In this document: piece after piece, positions 29,424-39,537 of the stretch
Position numbering within the stretch: the first letter of the stretch is position 1
Layout of the letters: each line of letters begins with the position of its first letter
Source of the DNA: Alphaproteobacteria bacterium
GTDB taxonomy: Bacteria > Pseudomonadota > Alphaproteobacteria > UBA828
Direction of reading: 5' to 3'
DNA: 64,000 bases
NCBI GenBank assembly: GCA_965221125.1
Contig: CBDCRW010000006.1
Coordinates: 288,001 to 352,000, forward strand
Program-made: the position numbers and the translations under genes
The notes under the pieces: generated by a model
Seen by the model: only the letters and a program-made list of their open reading frames with translations
The model's database searches: none
What the model was told of the DNA's origin: nothing

Positions 29424-30452
29424 GTGACGGATCCGCAGGAGAGCGGGGCGCCGGAGGCAGGCGCACGGGGCGTCGTGAACTGGAAGCCCGTGCTCGCCTT
29501 TCTCGGGCGCTACGGCTTCATGATGGCCCTGCTGCTGCCAGCGGTCATCTTGCTCGCCACCAACGAGACCTTCCGCAACCCGCTCAACCTCTCGAACATC
29601 CTGGCCCAGTCCTCGATGGTGGGCGTGGCCGCCGTCGGCATGACGGTGGTCATGATCCTGGGCGGCTTCGACCTCTCCATCGGCGCGATCGCCGCCGTGA
29701 CCGGGCTGGTCGCGGTGCTCGTGTTCGGCACCGGCGATCCCCTGTTCCTGACGCTGGGCTGCTTCGCCTGCGTCGGCGCCGGCGCGCTGCTCGGCGCCTT
29801 CAACGGCACGCTCATCAGCCGCATCGGCATCAACCCGCTGATCGCGACGCTCGCCATGGCGAGCCTCGTGCGCGGGCTCGTGCTGATATCGAGCGAAGGC
29901 ACGATCCATCGCGCCGAGGGCGATGCGATGTGGATCACCACGCTGGCGCTCGGCCGCGTCGGCGGCTTCCCCATCGCGGGGTTCTTCTTCATCGGCGCGG
30001 TCGTGATGGGCTCGATCCTCCTGCGCTACGCGAAGTTCGGGCGCTGGGTCTACGCCATCGGCGGCAACGAGGAGGCAGCCCGGCTCTCGGGCGTGCCGGT
30101 GAGCCGCGTCGTCATCATGTGCTATGCGCTGATGGGCGGCCTCGCCGGGGTCTCCGGGCTGCTGTTCACCGCGCGCACCGGCACCGCGCTCACCACCACG
30201 GGGATCGGGCTCGAGATCGACGCGATCACGGCCACCGTCATCGGCGGCACGCGGCTCGGCGGCGGCCACGGCGCCATTCTCGGCACGGTCGTGGGTGTCA
30301 TCCTGCTGGGAGTCATTCGCAACGGGCTCAACCTGAACGGAGTCTCGCCCTTCTGGCAGCCCTTCATCATCGGCTGCATCCTGCTGATCACGGTCTCGAT
30401 CAGCGTGTGGATGAACCGCACCGAGAACCGCTCCCGCGCCGGCGGGTTCTAG
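29424..30452 (+). CDS. Sugar-type (RbsC-like) ABC permease
   Basis: GMTVVMILGGFDLSIG, IATLAM, YAIGGNEEAARLSG, VIGGTRLGGG. Confidence 0.92.
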   Translation: MTDPQESGAPEAGARGVVNWKPVLAFLGRYGFMMALLLPAVILLATNETFRNPLNLSNILAQSSMVGVAAVGMTVVMILGGFDLSIGAIAAVTGLVAVLVFGTGDPLFLTLGCFACVGAGALLGAFNGTLISRIGINPLIATLAMASLVRGLVLISSEGTIHRAEGDAMWITTLALGRVGGFPIAGFFFIGAVVMGSILLRYAKFGRWVYAIGGNEEAARLSGVPVSRVVIMCYALMGGLAGVSGLLFTARTGTALTTTGIGLEIDAITATVIGGTRLGGGHGAILGTVVGVILLGVIRNGLNLNGVSPFWQPFIIGCILLITVSISVWMNRTENRSRAGGF

Positions 30453-30487
30453 GAGACGCACACGATGCACTTTTTCCGGGGCGCGCC

Positions 30488-32566
30488 ATGACCTACAGGG
30501 TCGGCATCGACATCGGCGGCACCTTCACCGACATCACGGTCGCCGACGAAGAGGACGGCGCCATCGAGGTCTTCAAGGCGCTGAGCGACCGGGAGGACCC
30601 GCTGCAGGGCATCCTGGGCGGGATCGCGCTGGCGTGCGAGGAGCTGGGCTGCTCCGAAGCAGCCTTCATCTCCCAGTGCAGCCGCATCGTCCACGGCACG
30701 ACCATCGGCACCAACGCCATCATCCAGCGCAACGGCCCTGTGGCCGGCCTGCTCGCGACCAGGGGATTTCGCGACGTGCTGGAGTTCATGGACGGGACCA
30801 AGCCGGAGCCCTTCAACATCCGCATGGCGCGGCCGAAGCCACTGATCCCCCGGCACCGGCGCCTCGGCATCGGCGGGCGCATCGACTATCGCGGCGAGGA
30901 GGTCGATCCGCTCGACGAGAGCGACGTGCGGGCGGCGGCGGCGCGCTTCCGCGAACAGGGCGTGAACGCGGTGGCGGTCGCCTTCCTCTGGTCGCAGGTC
31001 AATCCCGCGCACGAGCAGCGGACCCGCGCGATCCTGGCGGACGAGATGCCGGGCATTCCCGTCGTGATCAGCTCCGACATCCTGCCGCAGCTCCGCGAAT
31101 GGGACCGCACCTCGGCGACCGTGCTGAGCGCCTACACGCTGCCCCCCATCGCGGGCTACCTGGAGCGCCTGCGCGCCTGGCTGGCCGACCACGGCTTCGC
31201 CGCCGAGCCTCTCATAATCCAGTGCAACGGGGGCTGCGCGCCGATCGCCCGGATCCTGCACTACCCGGCGCGGAGCATCGGCTCCGGCCCGGCGGCGGCA
31301 CCGGCGGCGGCGGTGCAGGTGGCGAGCGAGTTTTTCGCCCGCAGCGAGATCAACGTCGTCAGCGCCGACATGGGGGGCACGAGCTTCGATGTGGGGCTCA
31401 TCCGGGGCGGGCTGCCGACGCTCACGCGCAACCTCAGGATCGCCGGAATGCCCTTGGGCTCGCTCGCGACGGACATCATCTCGATCGGCGCGGGCGGCGG
31501 CAGCATCGCCTCCATCGACGCCGGCGGCGCGCTCGCCGTGGGCCCGCAGAGCGCAGGCGCCGATCCGGGGCCGGCCTGCTACGGCCTGGGCGGAACGAGG
31601 CCGACCGTGACCGACGCCTTCGTGGCCCTCGGCTACGTCAATCCCGACGCCTTCCTCGGCGGCCGCCTCAAGCTCGACCGGGCGAAGGCGCTGGCCGCGA
31701 TCGACGAAGAGGTCGCGCAGCCGCTTGGCCTGGGGATCGTGGATGCGGCGGCCGGCATCTTCCGCCTCGCCAACTTCAAGATGGTGAAGGCCATGGCGGC
31801 GGTCTCCATCGAGCGTGGCGTCGACCCCCGCAGCACCATCCTCATCGCGGGCGGCGGCGCCGGCGGCGTGGTGGTGGGCAGCCTCGCGGACGAGTTCGGG
31901 ATCGACCGCGCCATCATCCCCCGCGTCGCCGGCGGCTACAGCGCCTTCGGCATGACCGTGGTCGACGTGACCTTCGACTACACCAGGACGTTCACGACCG
32001 ATTCCGACACGGTGGACGTGGACGCGGTCAACCGGCTCTTCGCCGAGATGGAGGAGAGCGCGCTGCGCGATCTTGCGGCAAGCGCGATCCCGACGGAGGA
32101 CGTCCACTTCCAGTGGTTCTACGACGCCGCCTACTGGGGGCAGGCGCACGAGCTGATCGTGCCGCTCGCCAAGGGCCGCTTCGATGACGTGGCCGACCTG
32201 CGGCGCGCCTTCGACGACGAGCACGAGCGCATCTACACCTTCAAGATGGAGGGCGACCGGGTCAACTTCCTGCACTGGCGCGTGAACGCCGTGGTGGGCA
32301 GCAGCATGCCGACGCCGCGGCGGGACGTGAGCGAGCCGGACGACCCTTCCGCCGCGCTCCGGGGCCGCCGCACGGCCTATTTCGGCGGCGAGGACGGTGC
32401 GGCGGAGGTGCCGGTCTACGACGGCATGCGGCTCGAGCCGGGCCACGCGGTGCGCGGGCCGGCGGTGATCGAGGAGCCGACGACGAGCGTGACCGTCTTC
32501 CCCGGCCACGCCGTGCGGGTCAGCCTCTCGGGCTACGACTATCGGGTGAACGGCGATGCCCTATAA
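30488..32566 (+). CDS. Hydantoinase A / oxoprolinase alpha-type subunit
   Basis: ATG 30488; GIDIGGTFTD, HGTTIGTNA, SGPA, DMGGTSFD, GAGGGSIA, GPQSAGADPGPACY. Confidence 0.92.
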   Translation: MTYRVGIDIGGTFTDITVADEEDGAIEVFKALSDREDPLQGILGGIALACEELGCSEAAFISQCSRIVHGTTIGTNAIIQRNGPVAGLLATRGFRDVLEFMDGTKPEPFNIRMARPKPLIPRHRRLGIGGRIDYRGEEVDPLDESDVRAAAARFREQGVNAVAVAFLWSQVNPAHEQRTRAILADEMPGIPVVISSDILPQLREWDRTSATVLSAYTLPPIAGYLERLRAWLADHGFAAEPLIIQCNGGCAPIARILHYPARSIGSGPAAAPAAAVQVASEFFARSEINVVSADMGGTSFDVGLIRGGLPTLTRNLRIAGMPLGSLATDIISIGAGGGSIASIDAGGALAVGPQSAGADPGPACYGLGGTRPTVTDAFVALGYVNPDAFLGGRLKLDRAKALAAIDEEVAQPLGLGIVDAAAGIFRLANFKMVKAMAAVSIERGVDPRSTILIAGGGAGGVVVGSLADEFGIDRAIIPRVAGGYSAFGMTVVDVTFDYTRTFTTDSDTVDVDAVNRLFAEMEESALRDLAASAIPTEDVHFQWFYDAAYWGQAHELIVPLAKGRFDDVADLRRAFDDEHERIYTFKMEGDRVNFLHWRVNAVVGSSMPTPRRDVSEPDDPSAALRGRRTAYFGGEDGAAEVPVYDGMRLEPGHAVRGPAVIEEPTTSVTVFPGHAVRVSLSGYDYRVNGDAL

Positions 32567-34511
32567 CGACGTGACGGACGGCGAGGCGATGCAGGCGGCG
32601 GGCGCGGGCCGGCCGCGCACGCGGAGCGAGGGTCTTTCCGAAGGGATCGACCCGACCATGTTCTCCGTGCTGCTGCACGCGATTGGCCAGGCCTCCGACG
32701 AGATGACGCGGGTCCTGCAGCGGGGCGCGCGCAGCACGATCATCTCGATCGCGCGCGACCACTCGGCCTCGATCTACACGGCGCAGGCCCAGATGCTCTA
32801 CCAGAACGACGCGCTGCCGATCCACACCATCGGCGGCGCGCTCAACATCGACGCGACCATCGAGGAGTTCGGCGACGACATCAACGACGGCGATGTCTTC
32901 ATGATCAACGACCCCTACATGGGGACGACGCACAACTCCGACCTCACGGTGATCATGCCGGTGTTCCACGAGGGCCGGCACCTGTTCTGGACCTCGATCC
33001 GCGCGCACCAGAACAACACGGGCGAGGCCTCCTTCGGCCACGCCTCCACCAGCGTCTGGCAGGACGGCATCCAGATCCCGCCCGTGCGCATCTTCGAGCG
33101 CGGCAAGGAGGTGCGCAGCATCATCCGCTTCTACCTGCGGAACGTCCGGCTGCCGGAGTGGCTGGAGGCGGACCTGCGCGCCATGGTGGGCTCGGTACGC
33201 ACGGGCGCAGCGCGGCTGAGCGAGATGACCGCCACGCATGGCGAGGATACGGTGCTCGCCACGGTCGCCGAGATGATCGAGTACTCGGACCGGCGCACGG
33301 CGGCCGAGATCCGCGCGCTGCCGGACGGCGTCTACAAGGGCGAATCCTGGATCGACAGCGACGGGCAAGGCACGCACGACATTCGCATCGCGTGCACCGT
33401 GACCATCGACGACGACATGGTGCATGTCGATTATTCGGAGAGCGACCCGCAGGTGGGCGGGCATTGCAACTCCTCGCTCGCCTCGCTGCAGGCCAACGGC
33501 AGCATTCCCGTGCTCACCACCATCGACCCCACCATCCCGCGCAACGAGGGCTGCATGCGCCACATCCGCGTCAGCGCGCGAGAGGGCACGGTCGCGCTCG
33601 GCAAGTGGCCGTCGAGCACCTGGTGGTCAACCACCAATCCCGGCGACGAGCTGATCGAAGCCGCGTGGAAGGCGCTGGCGCAGGCCGCACCCGATCGCGT
33701 TCCGGCGGGCTGGGGGCGGATCCAGCAGCGGCTCTCCATGGGCGACGACTACCGCACCGACCCGCCGACGCCCTTCGCGGCCTCGATCTTCGTCGCGGGC
33801 TCGGGCGGGGGCGGCTGCAAGGGCCACGACGGCTGGCCGCTGACGCAATGCGTCTGCGCGCTGGGCGGGCTTCAAAACGAATCAGTGGAGATGGTCGAGC
33901 TGCTCCAGCCCCTCTTCATCGAGAGCAACGAGTTCCTCGTCGATTCCGCCGGCGCCGGCGAGTGGATCGGCGGCCACGGCTGCGAGACGGTGGTGATGCC
34001 CTACCACGGGCTGCTCTACATGAAGTTCGAGTACGAGGGGACGCTGAACCCGCCCTTCGGCCTGTTCGGCGGGCTGCCGGGCAACGGTGGCTGCAAGTAC
34101 AAGGAGACGCCGGACGGCAAGCGCTACTTCTACCAGGCGCACCCCGACCCCGACGCCTTCCGCGAGGGCGAGCGCTACGTCTGCATAAGCTCCGGCGGGG
34201 GTGGCTACGGCAGCGCGCTGGACCGGCCGGCGGAGGCGGTGCGCGAGCTGGTGCGGGACGAGCTGGTCTCGTCGGAAATGGCGCGCGAGCACTTCGGCGT
34301 GGTGCTCGATGCGGAGACGCTGGCGGTCGACGAGGCGGAGACCGAGGCGCTGCGCGGGCGCATGCGGGAGACGGCGGATCGCTCCATGTCGCTACCGACC
34401 GGCCCCGGCCAGGGGCTGTTCTGGAAGACCCGCTTCCGCGAGGGCGACGAGCTGGTGGTCGAGGAGACGCCCGTCGCGCTCAAGCTCGGCCTCTCGCCCG
34501 AGGCCCGCTGA
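32556..34511 (+). CDS. Hydantoinase B-type subunit (atypical), paralog 1
   Basis: IDPTMFSVL, ARSTII, NDPYMGTTHNSD, DGIQIPP, DSAGAG, GGGGYG. Confidence 0.88.
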   Translation: MPYNDVTDGEAMQAAGAGRPRTRSEGLSEGIDPTMFSVLLHAIGQASDEMTRVLQRGARSTIISIARDHSASIYTAQAQMLYQNDALPIHTIGGALNIDATIEEFGDDINDGDVFMINDPYMGTTHNSDLTVIMPVFHEGRHLFWTSIRAHQNNTGEASFGHASTSVWQDGIQIPPVRIFERGKEVRSIIRFYLRNVRLPEWLEADLRAMVGSVRTGAARLSEMTATHGEDTVLATVAEMIEYSDRRTAAEIRALPDGVYKGESWIDSDGQGTHDIRIACTVTIDDDMVHVDYSESDPQVGGHCNSSLASLQANGSIPVLTTIDPTIPRNEGCMRHIRVSAREGTVALGKWPSSTWWSTTNPGDELIEAAWKALAQAAPDRVPAGWGRIQQRLSMGDDYRTDPPTPFAASIFVAGSGGGGCKGHDGWPLTQCVCALGGLQNESVEMVELLQPLFIESNEFLVDSAGAGEWIGGHGCETVVMPYHGLLYMKFEYEGTLNPPFGLFGGLPGNGGCKYKETPDGKRYFYQAHPDPDAFREGERYVCISSGGGGYGSALDRPAEAVRELVRDELVSSEMAREHFGVVLDAETLAVDEAETEALRGRMRETADRSMSLPTGPGQGLFWKTRFREGDELVVEETPVALKLGLSPEAR

Positions 34512-34555
34512 GCGGCAGTGTGAGAGCCGACGACGAGAGACGGAAAGGTGAGTGA

Positions 34556-35263
34556 ATGAGCGAGACCCCCACCGCAGCGGAGATCGAGGCGCTGCGCGAC
34601 ATCGATACGCCGACCATCTGCAACCTGCTGGAGATGGTCGTGCCGGAGCGCCGCGGCTACGGCTACACGGTGCAGCATCTGCACTGCCTCTACCCGGACA
34701 TGAAGCCCATCGTCGGCATCGCCAAGACGGCGACGATGCGCGCCAAGAACCCCGCGCGCTGGAGCCCGGCGGAGTACATGGACATCCGCGCGGGCTACTT
34801 CGACTATCTGGCCGAGGGCGAGGCGCCGAAGATCAGCGTGGTGCAGGACGTCGACGAGCGGCCGGGCTACGGCGCCTTCTGGGGCGAGGTCTTCAGCGCC
34901 GTGCACAAGGCGCTCGGCTGCCGCGGCGTGGTGACCAACGGCAGCGTCCGCGACATCGACATGCTGGCGCCCGAGTTCCAGGTGCTGGCTGGGCTGATCG
35001 CGCCGTCGCACGCCTTCGTCCACGTCGCCCATTGGGGCTGCGAGGTCAACGTACACGGCATGGTGGTGCAGGACGGCGACCTGATACACGCCGACCGGCA
35101 CGGCGCGGTCGTGGTCCCGCTCGGGGCGGTGCGCGGCGTGCTCGGCAAGCTCGACCTCATGGTGCGCAAGGAGGCGGTCATCCTGGAAGCGGCGCGGCGC
35201 CCCGATGCCACGGTGGACATGATCAAGGACGCCTGGCAGCGCTCCACGGAGATCCGGGAGTAG
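34556..35263 (+). CDS. RraA / HMG-aldolase family protein
   Basis: DTPTICN, WGEV, GVVTNGSVRD, GDLIHADRHGAVVVP. Confidence 0.87.
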   Translation: MSETPTAAEIEALRDIDTPTICNLLEMVVPERRGYGYTVQHLHCLYPDMKPIVGIAKTATMRAKNPARWSPAEYMDIRAGYFDYLAEGEAPKISVVQDVDERPGYGAFWGEVFSAVHKALGCRGVVTNGSVRDIDMLAPEFQVLAGLIAPSHAFVHVAHWGCEVNVHGMVVQDGDLIHADRHGAVVVPLGAVRGVLGKLDLMVRKEAVILEAARRPDATVDMIKDAWQRSTEIRE

Positions 35264-35314
35264 TATCGGCAGGCCGGTCCGAGACGGCGATAGAGGAGGC
35301 CGAGAGTGGCGGAC

Positions 35315-36091
35315 ATGGCGGACACACCGCTCGTCGAGATGAGGAACGTCTTCAAGGCGTTCGGCGGCGTGCATGCGGTGGAGGACGTGACGGTCCAAGT
35401 GGGCGCGGGCGAGGTGCTCGGTATCGTCGGCCACAACGGCGCCGGCAAGTCGACCCTCATCAAGATCCTCTCCGGCGCGCACACCATGGACAGCGGCCAG
35501 ATCCTGATGCGGGGCGAGCCCGTCTCCATCGACAATCCGCGTGTCGCGCGCTCGCTCGGGATCGAGACGCTCTACCAGAACCTCGCGCTGGCCGACAATC
35601 TCGATGCCGCCGCCAACCTGTTCCTCGGGCGCGAGATCACGACGCCCTACGGCAAGCTCGACAACAGGACGATGGCCGAGGCGACGCGCGAGGTGATCGC
35701 CCGCATCAACCCGGAGTTCGCGAACCTCGGCACGCCGGTGCTCAATCTCTCGGGCGGGCAGCGCCAGACCATCGCCATCGCCCGCGCGGTCTACTTCAAC
35801 GCCAGGGTGCTCATCATGGACGAGCCGACGGCGGCGCTCGGCTTGCGCGAATCCGCGGCGTTCAAGGAGCTGGTACTCAGGCTCAAGCAGGAGGGCATCG
35901 GCATGTTCATGATCAGCCACGACCTGCACGACGTCTTCGACATCTCGGACCGCATCTTCGTCATGTCCGGCGGCCGCGAGGTGGGCACGCGGCGCACCGA
36001 CGAGGTGACCAAGGACCAGGTGCTCTCCATGATCATCCTCGGCAAGCAGCCGGGGGAGGAATCGGCCGAGGACCTGGCCAGGCTGCACTAA
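35315..36091 (+). CDS. Sugar-type ABC transporter ATP-binding protein (single domain)
   Basis: [33 protein letters not shown]. Start could be GTG 35306. Confidence 0.92.
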   Translation: MADTPLVEMRNVFKAFGGVHAVEDVTVQVGAGEVLGIVGHNGAGKSTLIKILSGAHTMDSGQILMRGEPVSIDNPRVARSLGIETLYQNLALADNLDAAANLFLGREITTPYGKLDNRTMAEATREVIARINPEFANLGTPVLNLSGGQRQTIAIARAVYFNARVLIMDEPTAALGLRESAAFKELVLRLKQEGIGMFMISHDLHDVFDISDRIFVMSGGREVGTRRTDEVTKDQVLSMIILGKQPGEESAEDLARLH

Positions 36092-36109
36092 ACGGAGACC
36101 CGCACGGCC

Positions 36110-38029
36110 ATGTCGGCACGCGACCGCACGCTCGCGCTCGAATCCCAGGCCATGAGCCCGGGCGTGGACCCGGTCACGTTCTCCGTACTGCTCCACGCCA
36201 TCGGCGAGGCGTCGAGCGAGATGACGACGGTGCTGCAGCACGGCGCGCGCAGCACCATCATCTCGATCGCCCGCGACCACTCGGCCTCGATCTACACGGC
36301 AGGCGCCGAGATGCTCTACCAGAACGACGCGCTGCCGATACACACCATCGGCGGCGGGCTCAACATCGAGGCGATCAGGGAGGAGTTCGAGGACGACATC
36401 AACGACGGCGATATCTTCATGATCAACGACCCCTACATGGGGACCACCCACAACTCCGATCTCACCGTCGTCATGCCCGTGTTCGTGGACGGCGCGCACC
36501 TGTTCTGGACGTCGATCCGCGCGCACCAAAACAACACCGGCGAGGCCTCCTTCGGGCATGCCTCCACCAACGTCTGGCAGGACGGCATCCAAATCCCGCC
36601 CGTGCGCATCTTCGAGCGCGACAAGGAAATCCGCAGCACGATCCGCTTCTACCTGCGCAACGTCCGCCTTCCCGACTGGCTGGAGGCCGATCTCAGGGCC
36701 ATGGTGGGCGCGGTTCGCGCCGGCGCGGCGCGCCTGCAGGAGATGACGGAGACTCACGGCGTCGATGTCGTCGTGCCGACGCTGGCCGAGATGATCGCCT
36801 ACGCCGAGCGCCGCACGGCCGCCGAGATCCGGGCGCTGCCCGACGGCGTCTATGAGGGCGAAGGGTGGATCGACAGCGACGGTCAGGGCACGCACAACAT
36901 CCGCATCGCGTGCACCGTCACCATCGACGACGACACCATCCACGTGGATTTCTCGGGCAGCGACCCGCAGGCCGGCGGCCACTGCAACGCGACCGTGGCC
37001 ACGATGGAGGCCTGCGGCAGCATCCCGGTGCTTACCATCATCGATCCCACCATCCCGCGCAACGAGGGGTGCACGCGGCGCATCCGGGTGACGGCGCCCG
37101 AGGGCTCGGTGGCGAACGCGCGCTGGCCCGCGAGCACGTGGTGGGGCACCGTCAACCCCGGCGACATCCTGATCGAGGCGGCCTGGAAGGCGCTGGCGCA
37201 GGCCGCGCCGGAACGTGTGCCGGCGGGCTGGGGGCGCTGCCAGCAGCGGCTCTCCATGGGCGACGACAACCGGGTGAGCCCGTCCGTGCCGTTCGCCGCA
37301 TCCATCTTCGTCGCGGCCTCCGGCGGCGGCGCCTGCAACGGCGCCGACGGCTGGCCGCTCACGCAATGCGTCTGCTGCCTGGGCGGGATGCAGACGGAAT
37401 CGGTGGAGATGGTGGAGCTGCTGCAGCCGCTCTTCGTCGAGTACAACGAGTTCCTGGCCGACAGCGCCGGCGCCGGCACCTGGATCGGCGGCCACGGCAT
37501 CGAGACCAGCGTCCGGCCGGTCGACGGCGTCCTCTACATGAAGTTCGAGTACGAGGGCACGTTCAACCCGCCATTCGGCCTGTTCGGCGGCCTGCCCGGC
37601 AACGGGGGCTGCAAGTACAAGGAGCGCGAAGACGGCACGCGGCGCTTCTACATGGCGCACCCGGACCCGGACGTGATCTACGAGGGCGAGCGCTACGTCA
37701 CCGTCACCACCGGCGGCGGGGGTTACGGCGATCCGCTTGAGCGGCCTGCGGACTCGGTGCGGGTGCTGGTGCGGGACGAGCTGCTGACGGTAGAAGCAGC
37801 GCGCGCGAGGTTCGGCGTCGCGATCGATCCGGCGACGCTGGAGGTGGACGAGGGCGAGACCGCGGCGCTGCGTCGCCAGCGCGGGGACGGGGCGGCGCCG
37901 CCGCTCTGGCTGCCGCAGGAGGCCGGCGAGGCCGAATACTGGAGGGAGCGCTACCGCGATGGCGACGAGCTGGTGTGGGAGACCATGCCGGCCGCGCTCA
38001 GGCTCGGCCTCTCAGCCGAGGCGAGGTAG
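36110..38029 (+). CDS. Hydantoinase B-type subunit (atypical), paralog 2
   Basis: Collinear with 32556-34511, with long identical stretches (e.g. FMINDPYMGTTHNSDLTV, WTSIRAHQNNTGEASFGHAST). Confidence 0.88.
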   Translation: MSARDRTLALESQAMSPGVDPVTFSVLLHAIGEASSEMTTVLQHGARSTIISIARDHSASIYTAGAEMLYQNDALPIHTIGGGLNIEAIREEFEDDINDGDIFMINDPYMGTTHNSDLTVVMPVFVDGAHLFWTSIRAHQNNTGEASFGHASTNVWQDGIQIPPVRIFERDKEIRSTIRFYLRNVRLPDWLEADLRAMVGAVRAGAARLQEMTETHGVDVVVPTLAEMIAYAERRTAAEIRALPDGVYEGEGWIDSDGQGTHNIRIACTVTIDDDTIHVDFSGSDPQAGGHCNATVATMEACGSIPVLTIIDPTIPRNEGCTRRIRVTAPEGSVANARWPASTWWGTVNPGDILIEAAWKALAQAAPERVPAGWGRCQQRLSMGDDNRVSPSVPFAASIFVAASGGGACNGADGWPLTQCVCCLGGMQTESVEMVELLQPLFVEYNEFLADSAGAGTWIGGHGIETSVRPVDGVLYMKFEYEGTFNPPFGLFGGLPGNGGCKYKEREDGTRRFYMAHPDPDVIYEGERYVTVTTGGGGYGDPLERPADSVRVLVRDELLTVEAARARFGVAIDPATLEVDEGETAALRRQRGDGAAPPLWLPQEAGEAEYWRERYRDGDELVWETMPAALRLGLSAEAR

Positions 38030-38174
38030 AGCGTTTCCGTTTGAAACGGAAACGCTCTACGAATTTTTCGCTCACGGCAGCCGGCCGTTGGCCGGCGCCT
38101 CCGCGAGGGCGCCGCATACGCGGCGGGCCGCTGTCGCGGCCTATCGCGCGTCCGTCAAAGTCGGACGCGCGATA
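38027..38174 (+). repeat. Dispersed ~148-bp multi-hairpin repeat, copy 2
   Basis: TAGAGCGTTTCCGT..ACGGAAACGCTCTA, core TCGCTCACGGCAG, terminal TATCGCGCGTCCG..CGGACGCGCGATA; lies between convergent genes. Confidence 0.9.
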
Positions 38175-39420
38175 AGAGCCCGAAGCGGTCGGCGGCGAAG
38201 GGCGCGAGGTTGAGGGCGGGCTCCCGTCCGGCCACGAGATCGGCAATCACCTCGGCGGTCTTCGATGCGCCGATGACACCCTGGTGCCCGTGGCCGAAGG
38301 CGAAGAGCACCGCCGGGTGGCGTGGCGCCCGGCCGAGGATGGGCAGGCTGTCCGGCGTGCACGGCCGCTCGCCCATCCACGTCGTGCGCTCCTCGACATT
38401 GAGAGCGGGCAGCGTGGCCTTGGCGTGGCGGCAGAGCGCGTCGGCGCGCTTGCCGTTGGGCGGCGCGCCATCGCCTGCGAACTCGACGGTGCCGCCGATC
38501 CTGATCCCCATGGCCATGGGGACGATGGTCGCGGAAACGGCCGTGGGCAGGACGACCCTGCCCAGCGAGACGCCGGGGTTGGTGAAGGTCGCGTGGTAGC
38601 CCCGCTGGGAGACGAGAGGGACGCGGTAGCCCAGCCCGGCAACCAGCGGCCGCGACCAGACGCCGGCGGCCACGACGACGGTGTCGTAGTCATGAGTCTC
38701 GCCGCCGAAGTGGATGGCGGCGCTGTCCCTCCCCTGCGCCGAGATGCGCTCGACACGCGCGCGCTGAAAAGTTCCTCCCTGGCGTCCGAAATGCTCGGCA
38801 AGCCCGGTGACGAGGCGGTGGGGGTCGAGGGTGTGGGCCGCCGCCGGCACGAGGAAGCCGCTGGAAAATCCGGGCGCCAACGCGGGCTCCAGGTCGCGAA
38901 GGCCGGCCGCATCGAGCGTCTCCACCGCGTAGCCCGCCGCCCGCTGGAGCGAGACGGCGAGGCTTTCGCCGGCACTCTCCCGCCCCGCGGGGTCGACGTA
39001 GAGCATGCCCTTCTTCTCGACCATTGCGTCGAGCCCGGCTTCCCGCAGGAGCGGCATGAGCAGGTCGAGGGTAGAGCCGTTGAGCGCGGCGAGCGACGCC
39101 GAGATCGCCCGCACCCGGTCTTCCCGGCCCGCGCGCACGAAGGCGACGAGCCAGGGCAGGAGGCGCGTCAGCTCGCGCCAGTCGAGATAGAGCGGGCCGG
39201 TCTCGTCGAGCAGCCAGCGCGGGACCTTCCTCGCAAGGCCCGGCATCGCCACGGGCATCACGGCAGCGGGCGATATCACGCCCGAGTTGCCGTAGGAGGC
39301 GCCCGCGCCCGGCGCATCGCGGTCCAGGAGCGTGACCGCGTGGCCCTCGCGTCTCAGGAAACAGGCAGTAACGGTTCCGACGATGCCGGCACCGATGACC
39401 GCGACGGATCGTGCTGCCAT
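38155..39420 (-). CDS. D-amino acid dehydrogenase (DadA/DAO family FAD oxidoreductase)
   Basis: VIGAGIVG, ASYGNSG, VVAAGVWS, RGYH, WMGERPCTPDSLPILG, FGHGHQG. Confidence 0.9.
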   Translation of the reverse strand: MAARSVAVIGAGIVGTVTACFLRREGHAVTLLDRDAPGAGASYGNSGVISPAAVMPVAMPGLARKVPRWLLDETGPLYLDWRELTRLLPWLVAFVRAGREDRVRAISASLAALNGSTLDLLMPLLREAGLDAMVEKKGMLYVDPAGRESAGESLAVSLQRAAGYAVETLDAAGLRDLEPALAPGFSSGFLVPAAAHTLDPHRLVTGLAEHFGRQGGTFQRARVERISAQGRDSAAIHFGGETHDYDTVVVAAGVWSRPLVAGLGYRVPLVSQRGYHATFTNPGVSLGRVVLPTAVSATIVPMAMGIRIGGTVEFAGDGAPPNGKRADALCRHAKATLPALNVEERTTWMGERPCTPDSLPILGRAPRHPAVLFAFGHGHQGVIGASKTAEVIADLVAGREPALNLAPFAADRFGLLSRVRL

Positions 39421-39537
39421 GAATCACCTTGTCGGGAATGACCTTGACGGCGGGGGACACACGTTACACTAGCCAGCACGCACGGTCCGGCACGGCGTGA
39501 CGTCGGACGGTTGATGATCGCTTCCGGAGGCTTGCGC

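Noticed and set aside
29318-32566. 1082-aa ORF suggesting a large fusion protein
   Set aside because: The first ~390 codons are an off-frame shadow of the permease; the real hydantoinase A starts at 30488.
34205-37660. 1151-aa antisense ORF and similar long ORFs (25182-28217, 59491-61671, 61533-63614)
   Set aside because: Antisense shadows of real genes in high-GC DNA, with no motifs.
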